Shown here piece by piece: positions 29,735-40,560 of a stretch of DNA of 64,000 bases. Position numbers and translations under genes: made by a program. The DNA comes from Eledone cirrhosa. Lineage: Eukaryota. The notes beneath the pieces are model-generated. The model was given only the letters and a program-made list of their open reading frames with translations, was not told where the DNA came from and did no database searches. Numbering within the stretch: the stretch's first letter is position 1; each line of letters starts with the position of its first letter. Location: positions 255,316,001-255,380,000 of the forward strand of contig OZ024743.1 in the NCBI GenBank assembly GCA_964016885.1, given 5' to 3'.

Positions 29735-30091
29735 TGTAGAAGATCACGCCATCTAGTGTCGACTGTGAAGGCAGTCGATTAACTGCCCTTAGTTCTGACG
29801 TCACGTTCTGACGTCAGTAGCTGAAACAATATTTATTAAACGATGATCTCTATCGTGCTAGCTCTATGCAGGGATCCAAAGGATGACATCACGCCATGCG
29901 GCAGTATACGACGACTTAAATATATCCCAACCTAGGAGCACTAAAGTATTTGAATATATTCTGTAATTGCTCCTATATTAAAAATGTTTTTATAACATAA
30001 AATTGAGGTATGTTCCTTCTTCCTTGTTTGTCTACGTGCCAGTAAACAATAACCAATTAGACGGGATGACTGACGACTTCGCCCGCCTAAA
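29735..30091 (+). repeat. Gypsy 3' LTR
   Basis: Matches the 5' LTR with substitutions and small indels. Confidence 0.9.
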
Positions 30092-30256
30092 ATATAAATA
30101 AAATACTAGTTGTTTCTAAACTAGATATATGAAATAGATTCGTTTCTATATCGTTTGAATTTGTATATATATTGGCATTAGGAAGGGCATCCAGCCAGAA
30201 ACAGTCAGAACCCGCCCCAACATGCCTCTAATGGGACAAACATGTAAATATACATG

Positions 30257-30292
<36 letters not shown>

Positions 30293-31979
30293 AAGTGAAG
30301 TTGGGCTTTGTTTGTTTGTTTGGTGTCCCGAACCTTGCAGGCTACACCGTTCATCCGATTTTCATGAAACTTGACACACATATAAAACTCGAGCCGTAGA
30401 TTGGAATAAGTCGATAATCGGGCCCCCAGAAGCCAAAACTCTATATTTTCAGCATTCGTCCGATTTCAATGAAATTTGATATTACCACAATAGATCCATT
30501 AGGAGTTACTCCAAGGCTGCAAACATTCAGAAAGGTTTTTTAAACTCATAAATCATGCGTTAAATGAGACCTTTAAGAGTTAGGGCAGACATTTATTCAT
30601 AGTGTAATTATCAATGGCGTAATATTGTGGAAATATGCAAATCTACGCCTTTCTTTATGGGAAAATGGAAGGCTTTACAAACAGATATTCAGGGTTCTTT
30701 GAGTAGAATTATTAATTCTTAAATAATTGTACAGTCAACAAAATATATGACAGAATGTTTTTCATATTTTTTTCAAAAATCTTTCGATTTCAATGAAATT
30801 TAACGTGTTTGTATTCGAACACAAGCACTTTTACTTTACACCTGGCGCAATCAAAATCAATTTCATATGCCCATATAAGCACGGACACACTGTGACTCAC
30901 GCACGTTATTGATTGGACGGCCTGTATATACCACGAGCAGTATGTTTTCTCAACGATAGATACACAAACAGGTATTTTTCTCTTTGTGTGTATCTGCTTT
31001 TTGTGAACAACAATAAATCATGCCGTCTCACTAAACGGACCTTTACAGAATTTGCCCACTTACTTATCGGTGAGTTAGTGCTCATTTATTTAGACTATTT
31101 GCATGCCATTTCAGTTAAATTTAATTCATTTTTCGCCTTCCTTAAATTTAAAAATTCCCATTAAGACTAGACGATTGTCGACATCTTAGCGTTAAACTTT
31201 TCATATTCCCCCTTATTCAAGTGCAAATACAGTATTATCCCTATCTGAAAGGAAACCAAATTTAATGGTGTCTTTTGTGATGCCAAAAGCTAAAAGCGGT
31301 GAGTAAATTTTCAAACAGTCTTAAATAATCATGCATTTTGAAAAAATGTACTAAATAATTATTTGACCAAGTTGTATTGGACATATACAAAGTTGTAAAA
31401 AATGTTACGTCCGTACCAATTTTTTCCCTTTTTTAAACAAAAGGTTCTAAAAAATTACTTAATTCATAACACAGCCTTTTGCACAGGAAGTGAGTAAGTT
31501 TTCGGGTTTTTAAACGTAAGTTCACCATTGTTTGTGTCTTTTCCATTATTAGCTCACCTTTAATGGCATTTTTTGTTCTGTTTACGACTAAATGCTATGA
31601 GCGTATTTGCAAATTGCTATTGTTCTTTAATTTTTTAATTAGTTGTCATAGACCATCTGCATGCAGTGCAATTGATTGCGCCCAGGTACACACCTGCATG
31701 CAGATAAACACTGACAGCTAATAAAAAAAATCGATAATTTGCTTATTAAGACATCGGTCAAAAAGAGAAATTTTTTTTTTATATATTGTTCTTTTTGGCA
31801 TGATATGTCAGAAATATAGCTACTATTCACTTTGGTTATTTTTTGTAACTAAGAAACGGTTTCTTTTGGATACTTAACGAGAAAGATCCCAGGGTTTTGC
31901 ACAAGTTTGTTTCAGGCACTGTATAGACGCCAATTTTGTCACACCTTGGTCATGATTTCGTATTCTTTTCCAATAGATA

Positions 31980-32218
31980 CCGTATTTTCCGCTCTATAAG
32001 GCGTATCATTTAAAATCAGTTGCGCGCAACGGCGTGTAAGGCCAACCAGGAATATGCTATCTTCTTTACTTTTAGTCTAGATCTTTTACTTATGTTAGAG
32101 CCGTGATTGATTACCATTGTGTTATTTATGCATAAGGCTCATCGGAGTGTAAGGCGCAGAGCTGTTTTTTGATGAAATTTATGTATTTTAAGTGCACTTT
32201 ATAGGCCGGAAAATTCGG
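31980..32218. mobile_element. pogo/Tigger-type MITE nested in the Helitron
   Basis: Imperfect TIRs CCGTATTTTCCG.TCTATAAG / TTTATAGGCCGGAAAATTCGG, flanked by TA on both sides. Confidence 0.75.
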
Positions 32219-32342
32219 TAAGTTGTTATAATCATATTTCCAAACCTTCCCATTCACCAGTAACCATGCTAGCGAATTTGGTGTCACCTCTCTATGTACT
32301 TAATCACCCTCTCTACCCTAACAGCTTTCTTTACACGTCGTT

Positions 32343-33630
32343 ATGCCCACACGGAAACGTTCAAGACTTACGTCCAAAAAAGATACAGCTACTGCTTTGA
32401 GACGACGAATTAGGCGTTCTCAGGCAGGTATGCGTTCATTCACAATTGGTTAATCCTTTATGCAATATTCTCCCTTATTGTTAGCAAGCACTGCGTTTAT
32501 CCTAACTGTCACCACTTTTAAGCAACTGCAAAATTCTAATCGTAGTTATATTAAATTTATTGTCTTCCCTTGATTCACTTTTGTTCATATTACACTTTTC
32601 TCATTTACTATTGGCACAGTGCCTTTGGCTTAGCTAACCAGTAGCATTAATTAACTTTCTCTAGGAAACACCTGCTGAGCGCGAATCTCGACTCGCTGAT
32701 AGACGTCTTTCCCGGCTGGTTGAGTCACCAACATCCTGTACGACAAGGCTTGCTGATGTTCTCCTTCGTCGCCAACAAGCGCTTGCGGAGGAGTGACCAA
32801 CATCCCGTACGACGAGGCTTGCTGGTGTTCGCCTTCGTCACCAACAAGCTCTTGCAGAGGAGTCACCAACATCCCGTACGACGCGGCTTGCTGGCGTTCG
32901 CCTTCGTCACCAAGAAGCGTTTGCAGAGGAGTCCACGGCAGACAGAGACAACAGGCTTGCTGCTAAACGTTGCCGGCATACATTAGCTACTGCTCCCAAG
33001 AGTTTAGGCTGGGTAAAAGCAGCCTTCAGATATAACCCCTCTGAGAATTACGGACTTCTGCCTACAGTTTCCATTGGCAAAATGGATAATGTCTGTACAT
33101 GCTGTGTGGAGGCACATGGCTTAATGGTTAGAGCATTGGCCTTGCAATCGAAAGGTTGTGAGTTCAATTCTCGGACCGCGTGGTGTGTTGTTTCCTTGAG
33201 CAAGACACTTTATTTCACATTGCTCCAGTTTACTCAGCTGTAAAAATGAGATGATAGGGACTGGGGTTCATATCATTCCACTGCAAAGTGGTCGTGGAGA
33301 TGCCACGGCAAAAAAAAGCACCCAGAACTCGCTGCAAACGAGGTTGGTGTTATGAAGGGCATCCAGCTGTAGAAATCCAACAGAATCAGTTCCCGTCCCA
33401 CCCATGCAAGCAGGGAAAAGCGGACGTAAGATGATGATGACGATGACGATGACGACAGGCGAGGCGCTTTCTATGTGCTGTGCAGGAGGTAAGGTACAAC
33501 TAGAGGCATTGGCTGACCCGCCAGACGTTCTTCTGAATCTACTTACAGGTGACGACACTACGGCTACAACGTTCCGCCGTAACATGTGGAAATACAACTC
33601 CTGTTTCATGATGACCTCCTTTGGTGTAGA
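32343..33630 (+). pseudogene. Helitron Rep 5' coding remnant with probable intron and SINE interruption
   Basis: MPTRKRSRLTSKK..RRSQ (32343-32423), a probable intron ending TTTCTCTAG at 32663, ETPAERESRL followed by 66-bp (22 aa) repeats SPTSRTTRLAGVRLRHQQALAEE, then the Cys-rich region. Confidence 0.7.
33108..33456 (+). mobile_element. tRNA-derived SINE with RTE-derived tail
   Basis: A box TGGCTTAATGG, B box GAGTTCAATTC, central CCTTGAGCAAGACACTTT..TTGCTCCA domain, tail GAAGGGCATCCAGCTGTAGAAATC..GGACGTAA(GAT)n. A second copy lies at 62645-62975. Confidence 0.9.
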
Positions 33631-33746
33631 CAATAACAACACCAACAACAACGTTGCAGCTGTGATACACGGGAAGTAACTTTCACACATTTTAACAACA
33701 GAGCAAAGGTCGACTTACATAAGGGTAACGCCGAGTACTTCTGCTA

Positions 33747-33782
<36 letters not shown>

Positions 33783-33783
<1 letters not shown>

Positions 33784-34440
33784 CATCATTATCATCGTTT
33801 TTACATCTGTTTTCCCATGGTTTCATGGGTTTGATGTCATTCTTAGCATGGCATCTCTCCACTAATCGCGATTATTTGTCATCTCATCTGTGAGCCTAGG
33901 GAATTTAGGGTCAGCTCTCACAAACTCTGCCCAAGTCTTTCTTAGTCTACCTCTATGATGACTTCCTTCCACTGGCATTTCCTGACACTTAACCCAACCA
34001 TCATTGTCCATGCAAATCACATGTCCATACCAATGCAGTTTTCTCTCCTACACACCACCGCGGATTTCTCTTAAACCAAGTTTCACTCTCAAATACCCCA
34101 AGTTCTGCCTTTCTCTTACACTTCCATTACACATACAATGGAGCATGATTACTTCATTTTTCACCAGTCAATGCAATTCCTCCGCAGTCTCAGCCCATGT
34201 TTCACTACAATGCAGCATTCCGCTTCAGACACAAGTGCCATACAGTCATTGTTTGTAATAGAGAAAACATTTTTGTGGTCAACTGTGGAAGTAGCTCTCT
34301 AAAGTTTTTCTATTCTAGCTATTATGCTCTCAGAGTACCCTCTTCCATTATTAATCATATTGCCTAGATAGCAGAAGCTATCAACCATTTGTATAGACCC
34401 TTCATGTGACTGGAATAGGTTCACATCACTGGCTCTTGTT
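33783..34440 (-). mobile_element. Old RTE 3' fragment
   Basis: Minus-strand similarity to the 20013-21199 ORF end (DSFCYLG, ETWAE, WYGHV, GRLRKTW) and a (GAT)n tail. Confidence 0.8.
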
Positions 34441-35180
34441 GTAAGCAATGGCACTACCTTATCGCTGCAGAATAGTTGGGTCGTACTTGGTTATTCAGTA
34501 TACTAGCAGCTTTTCCCTCTTTTAGTACATGTATTATTGTATTGGAAGAAAATAGACCTTTATTTCCTCACTTTGCTTTCTGATTTGATTCAAAAATCTT
34601 ATCTTAAAGCTTTTTCTGCTAAACTCTCTCCCCCTTGGTTTACCCCTGGGGATCTTCTACAAACAAAGTCTTCCCATCTGTTCATCTACCCATTATCCCA
34701 TTACATTTCATTTGAAATATGGTAACAAAAAAATTAATGGCATATAGGCCACAACTGTCATCATGACATGCATAGAATGGAATTTCTTTACTAAACTTTG
34801 GATTGGGATCTTATCAAGTCTTTGAGGATTCATTGGGGTTGCACCCCCTCAGGGTTGGTTGTTGTCACACAGTGATGTGTGACAAGCAAATTTGACACCA
34901 GCAGGATTTGAACTCACTAATATGAAGGGAGATGAAACAAAGTCTATGGCATTTTGTTTAATAATTCATTATTTTCCTCGTTCCACTAGTAGAAGCATTA
35001 CTGCAGTAATTCATTTTCTTTTGTTACGTAAGACCATCTACTAACTGGATTTTCCATTAAGCAGCCCTCTCTCAACATTATATAATCCATTTCTATATTG
35101 AATATTATAAAATACAGTGCTTCTGAAAATGACAATCCATTTACCCTTTATCGAATTAAGTGGGTTGGGGTGAGACTCAC

Positions 35181-35367
35181 CAATAGTAATAACATTCCTC
35201 TTCTTCTCCTTCTTCTTTCCCTCATTCATAATTCTGAAGAGGCCAGTACCAATACCTCTACCATTCACAATGTCACTCATCATCCGGAGAATTTGCAGAA
35301 TTCTAAGCAACCCTTTTCCGTCTGGAGCTTTTTAATATTTTTAAATGTGTCTTATAATGTCATATTC
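35181..35367 (-). CDS. Possible host exon containing a start codon
   Basis: Acceptor TTTCATTTGTCCAG| and donor ATTG|GTGAGT. ATG at 35283 opens MMSDIVNGRGIGTGLFRIMNEGKKKEKKRNVITI. No homology recognised. Confidence 0.35.
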
Positions 35368-36284
35368 CTGGACAAATGAAATCAGGATTGTGAAATTCTC
35401 TCATAGTGTATGAATCTTAGGGCTACTCGGCTGGCAAAGTTCAGGCAATACTTTCAAAGCCAAACCAGTAAAATCCTTCCATCCAATGTAGTATGGGGTA
35501 GGGATAGGGAAGAAAGGAGGTAATGGTGGTGATGTTGGTGATGGTGATGATGGCGATGGATTATGATTATTCTTATCAGCAGTAGAAGGTGAATTAAATA
35601 TATGACAACTTTATGCCATCTCATCAAGACACTCTCATTGATATGCCTTTGTCAACTGTTGCTACTGTTGGCACTCTGCCAATATCATACACCTGAAGCA
35701 ATATAGCATATTCTGCTCTCTTAGTTTGGCTAAGAACAAATGTACTGGTCAACGTAGAGTCTCTATGTGAGGTAGTAGAGTGGATGAGAATGTGGAAGTG
35801 GTCGTTATTCTACAATGTTTTACTATGTTCCCTTCATCAGGTTGTTGTTTTTGTTTCTTTTTTACCATTCATCTTATTTTATTTATAAAAGATTTTAATG
35901 ACAAAGTCAGGAAGATAGCAGCCTGCTTGAGGAGAGAGCCCTGTCAGATGGTGCCTATTGCAGTGGGTGTCTCTGGCCATTCTTCATTGTAATGCTTTTG
36001 CCGTTTTGTCCGTGGGGTGTACCACTGAGGCACTGCACAAAATGGGTGTAGTGGCTGTCTTTCTTCCACTTTTTCGTTCACCTCTTGATCATACTTTATT
36101 TTTCGCCTTTTCCTTTTCGGTTCTCTTTAGCAGTGGTTTTGGTTTTATCAGATATCATTCAATTATCTTTATATAATGTCAATAGACTATCATAACATTA
36201 TGAGATTTTAACTTCTCAATACTTATAAAGTTTCTTTTTAATTGTCACCAACAATGTTTACATTTGTTTTCTAAAAGCATATAT

Positions 36285-36570
36285 ATGGCTTAATATTTAA
36301 GAGATTTGGTTCAGGATTGTAAGGTCTTAAGTTTGATTCCCAGTGGTAGGTTTGGTTCTTGAGCAAGAAACTTTATTCCAACTTGCCCTTGCCTATGCAG
36401 CTGGAAAAATGCATTGTACCTTTTTTACAAAGAGCCATCCTTGTCACCTACTGTGTCACACTGAATCTCCTTGAGAACTACATTAAAAGTACACGTCTGT
36501 AGAATGCTCTGCCACTTTCATGTTAACTTCACAAGCTGGCTATTCTATTGTTTGAACAATTGGAGATCCA
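36285..36570 (+). mobile_element. Degenerate tRNA-SINE
   Basis: ATGGCTTAAT..GTTTGATTCC..CTTGAGCAAGAAACTTTATT resembles the head and central domain of the 33108 SINE. Confidence 0.55.
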
Positions 36571-37906
36571 ACAACAACATTTTCCTTACAATTTCACACT
36601 TCCCTCACTTATGAATAAAGTTTGTCTTTGTCATCACCAATGTATATCTTCTAACAAGGCAATGTATATCTTCTAACATAGTCTTTGTCATTACCATATT
36701 ATTTACTGAACCTTTGAAGACAATGCCCCAGCATGATTGCAGTCCAATGACTGAAACCTGTAAATGAATAAGGGCATATAGGAGTAGAGTTCACCACTTT
36801 TTGATGTAGCACTTTCATTGTGTAAACTACGATGTTTTCACTTTATCTTTGCTTTGTGTTTTATCTCATGTTGATCTTTTTAAAAACTCATTTCCTAACA
36901 TCCACAAAGTTCTACACTATTAAGATGTTACACAAAATGAAAAGAAATATTGGTAAACAATACAACGTAAACAAAACCAAACAAATGCAACACACATTAC
37001 ACAAGGAAAACTTTACAGCATTTCTGTATAGAGATCCAACAAAGGAGGGGGGATTGCCTTCATCTTAAGAGTTTAATTTCACATAAAACCCTTCGAAAAA
37101 TATTTATAGACTCTCTATAGCAAAAGATATTAACTGAGCCAAGTGATGTGCCAATCTACATATATTGATGTGTGTGTGTGTGTGTGCATGCTCTTGCTTT
37201 TATTGTGTTATTTAGTGCAGTATGTGTGTGAGCATGTGCAAAACTATGGCGTTGTGTGGTGTGTATGTATATGAATGTGAGGTTAGTTTGTATCCATATA
37301 TATATGTATTATGGTGAGCTTTGGTCTATTGTTCCTTTAAATGAGTTCTTTATTGTGTTCTGTGGTGTGTATTCATCTGTATATGTATGTATGTATATAT
37401 GTATTTGTGAATGTATGTATGTACATATGTATGCATGTATGTATGTACGTATGTATGCATGTATGCATATGTGTGTATGTACTTATGTATATCTGTGGTG
37501 TGAAGTGCTAATCTACATAGATTGATGTTTATGTTTGTGAGTCTATTAATCCTTTCAGTTCTTTATACAATGTTCTGTGCAGTGTAAGTATATGTATGGT
37601 GGTGTGCATATGTGTGGTTCTGCTTTTATAAAGTTTGCTTGTGTGTGTGTGTGTGTGGTTCTGAATTTTTGCATTGTGCAGTGCGTGTTTGTACTTCTGT
37701 CTTCTTTGTGTTGTGCTGCATGTATATATGTATATTTTTATGTATGTATGTATAAATGTATCTATGTATGTATATATGTATTTATGTGTGCATGAATGTA
37801 TGTGTAATTTTACAGAGGCTTAGATATTCTTTGAAAAAATACTGGAATGGGTGACATCTATCACGGCGCGGTATATATCTATATTTAATGTTTATATATA
37901 TGTCTA

Positions 37907-38106
37907 NNNNNNNNNNNNNNNNNNNNNNNNNNNNNNNNNNNNNNNNNNNNNNNNNNNNNNNNNNNNNNNNNNNNNNNNNNNNNNNNNNNNNNNNNNNNNN
38001 NNNNNNNNNNNNNNNNNNNNNNNNNNNNNNNNNNNNNNNNNNNNNNNNNNNNNNNNNNNNNNNNNNNNNNNNNNNNNNNNNNNNNNNNNNNNNNNNNNNN
38101 NNNNNN
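37907..38106. other. Assembly gap (200 N)
   Basis: Run of N. Confidence 1.
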
Positions 38107-38124
38107 ATATATATACATATATAT

Positions 38125-38163
<39 letters not shown>

Positions 38164-38186
38164 CATATATATATATATACATATAT

Positions 38187-38229
<43 letters not shown>

Positions 38230-38382
38230 TATACATACATATATATTATATATATATATGAATATAGACATAGAATATTCGAAAATATTCTGTATGTTTA
38301 TAATAAACATTTTGAAGACCTAATCGCTATAGAATAGAATACGTCACGTATTACAATTAGATTCTCGATAAAAGCAAGGGAA

Positions 38383-38425
38383 GTAATCTACGCGTTTCAT
38401 TCTCGTTAGAAATCATCAGGACTAC
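38383..38425 (-). ncRNA. Minimal type-I hammerhead ribozyme (array copy 1)
   Basis: GUAGUC-CUGAUGA-uUUCU aacg AGAAu-GAAA-CGCGUA-GAUUAC. Confidence 0.85.
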
Positions 38426-38716
38426 ATATCCAGTGCTTTTATCGAGAATGACACAGCTAGAGACTTATAGAATACTTAGCTGTGCACAGGAACTGGTTTG
38501 AAAGAGCGGTTGCCGGTCCGGCAGAAATTAGAAATTGAATAAATGCTCTGAAATAGCGATATATATGTGAATATAGACATAGAATATTCGAAAATATTCT
38601 GTATGTTTATAATAAACATTTTGAAGACCTAATCGCTATAGAATAGAATACGTCACGTATTACAATTAGATTCTCGACGTACGTATTACAATTAGATTCT
38701 CGATAAAGCAAGGGAA

Positions 38717-38759
38717 GTAATCTACGCGTTTCATTCTCGTTAGAAATCATCAGGACTAC
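38717..38759 (-). ncRNA. Minimal type-I hammerhead ribozyme (array copy 2)
   Basis: Identical 43-nt motif. Confidence 0.85.
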
Positions 38760-39026
38760 ATATCCAGTGCTTTTATCGAGAATGACACAGCTAGAGACTT
38801 ATAGAATACTTAGCTGTGCACAGGAACTGGTTTGAAAGAGCGGTTGCCGGTCCGGCAGAAATTAGAAATTGGAATAAATGCTCTGAAATAGCGATATATA
38901 TGTGAATATAGACATAGAATATTCGAAAATATTCTGTATGTTTATAATAAACATTTTGAAGACCTAATCGCTATAGAATAGAATACGTCACGTATTACAA
39001 TTAGATTCTCGATAAAAGCAAGGGAA

Positions 39027-39069
39027 GTAATCTACGCGTTTCATTCTCGTTAGAAATCATCAGGACTAC
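39027..39069 (-). ncRNA. Minimal type-I hammerhead ribozyme (array copy 3)
   Basis: Identical 43-nt motif. Confidence 0.85.
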
Positions 39070-39336
39070 ATATCCAGTGCTTTTATCGAGAATGACACAG
39101 CTAGAGACTTATAGAATACTTAGCTGTGCACAGGAACTGGTTTGAAAGAGCGGTTGCCGGTCCGGCAGAAATTAGAAATTGGAATAAATGCTCTGAAATA
39201 GCGATATATATGTGAATATAGACATAGAATATTCGAAAATATTCTGTATGTTTATAATAAACATTTTGAAGACCTAATCGCTATAGAATAGAATACGTCA
39301 CGTATTACAATTAGATTCTCGATAAAAGCAAGGGAA

Positions 39337-39379
39337 GTAATCTACGCGTTTCATTCTCGTTAGAAATCATCAGGACTAC
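39337..39379 (-). ncRNA. Minimal type-I hammerhead ribozyme (array copy 4)
   Basis: Identical 43-nt motif. Confidence 0.85.
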
Positions 39380-39646
39380 ATATCCAGTGCTTTTATCGAG
39401 AATGACACAGCTAGAGACTTATAGAATACTTAGCTGTGCACAGGAACTGGTTTGAAAGAGCGGTTGCCGGTCCGGCAGAAATTAGAAATTGGAATAAATG
39501 CTCTGAAATAGCGATATATATGTGAATATAGACATAGAATATTCGAAAATATTCTGTATGTTTATAATAAACATTTTGAAGACCTAATCGCTATAGAATA
39601 GAATACGTCACGTATTACAATTAGATTCTCGATAAAAGCAAGGGAA

Positions 39647-39689
39647 GTAATCTACGCGTTTCATTCTCGTTAGAAATCATCAGGACTAC
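39647..39689 (-). ncRNA. Minimal type-I hammerhead ribozyme (array copy 5)
   Basis: Identical 43-nt motif. Confidence 0.85.
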
Positions 39690-40100
39690 ATATCCAGTGC
39701 TTTTATCGAGAATGACACAGCTAGAGACTTATAGAATACTTAGCTGTGCACAGGAACTGGTTTGAAAGAGCGGTTGCCGGTCCGGCAGAAATTAGAAATT
39801 GGAATAAATGCTCTGAAATAGCGATATATATGTGAATATAGACATAGAATATTCGAAAATATTCTGTATGTTTATAATAAACATTTTGAAGACCTAATCG
39901 CTATAGAATAGAATACGTCACGTATTACAATTAGATTCTCGATAAAAGCAAGGAAGTAATCTACGCGTTTCATTCTCGTTAGATATTCCAATTTCTAATT
40001 TCTGCCGGACCGGCAACCGCTCTTTCAAACCAGTTCCTGTGCACAGCTAAGTATTCTATAAGTCTCTAGCTGTGTCATTCTCGATAAAAGCACTGGATAT

Positions 40101-40143
40101 GTAGTCCTGATGATTTCTAACGAGAATGAAACGCGTAGATTAC
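40101..40143 (+). ncRNA. Minimal type-I hammerhead ribozyme (inverted unit)
   Basis: gtagtc ctgatga tttctaacgagaat gaaa cgcgta gattac reads directly on the + strand. Confidence 0.88.
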
Positions 40144-40312
40144 TTCCCTTGCTTTTATCGAGAATCTAATTGTAATACGTGACGTATTCTATTCTATAGC
40201 GATTAGGTCTTCAAAATGTTTATTATAAACATACAGAATATTTTCGAATATTCTATGTCTATATTCACATATATATCGCTATTTCAGAGCATTTATTCCA
40301 ATATATATATAT

Positions 40313-40420
<108 letters not shown>

Positions 40421-40560
40421 TAGGTATAGGATTATCCAAGATGCAGTGATGGTTAATTACTACACTGGATATGGTTGACGTACGGTAAGAGGTTACTCTA
40501 CGAGTTATGGAAGAATTGTTCAAGAAACTTAGTTCCTGATCCTTCAGTATTCCGGAGTGT

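Larger units (their letters stand above)
26459..30091 (+). mobile_element. Gypsy/Ty3 LTR retrotransposon, internally deleted, both LTRs present
   Basis: Direct LTRs; PBS-like TGGTGATCCTCGACG at 26816; PPT-like TGGTGGGAGACCA before 29735. Gag knuckle CWYH..KAKHC.PPC, protease FLVDTGAS, RT ([28 protein letters not shown]) and integrase tail ([12 protein letters not shown]). Confidence 0.95.
30276..33747 (+). mobile_element. Non-autonomous Helitron derivative retaining the Rep N-terminus
   Basis: 5' ATATATAAAGTGAAG..(TTTG)n..CCGATTTTCATGAAACTTG (the TC start is hidden in a TA run); 3' GGGTAACGCCGAGTACTTCTGCTAG|T. Internal peptide YNP..IGKMDNVCTCC / GEALSMCCAGGKVQL..PP..L..F..N...YNSCFMMTSFG is typical of the Helitron RepHel N-terminus. 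Confidence 0.85.
38260..40302 (-). mobile_element. Tandem array of 310-bp hammerhead-containing units (retrozyme-like / non-autonomous PLE) with a terminal inverted unit
   Basis: Unit starts (GAATATAGAC) at 38260, 38569, 38904, 39214, 39524 and 39834 (partial, to 39983), followed by an inverted full unit at 39984-40302. Units are near identical, have no ORF, and each complete unit has one hammerhead. Confidence 0.9.

Noticed and set aside
33108-33180. tRNA gene
   Set aside because: A and B boxes are present, but the sequence continues into a SINE body and RTE tail, and a second full copy lies at 62645-62975.
38260-40302. Array as a CRISPR-like locus or plain satellite
   Set aside because: No variable spacers, as the units are identical. 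The ribozyme core, terminal inversion and dispersed relative fit a retroelement-derived array better.
40500-40560. Minus-strand CUGAAGG..hairpin..GAACA motif between the array and the PLE
   Set aside because: Two core mismatches; cannot be supported as a ribozyme.
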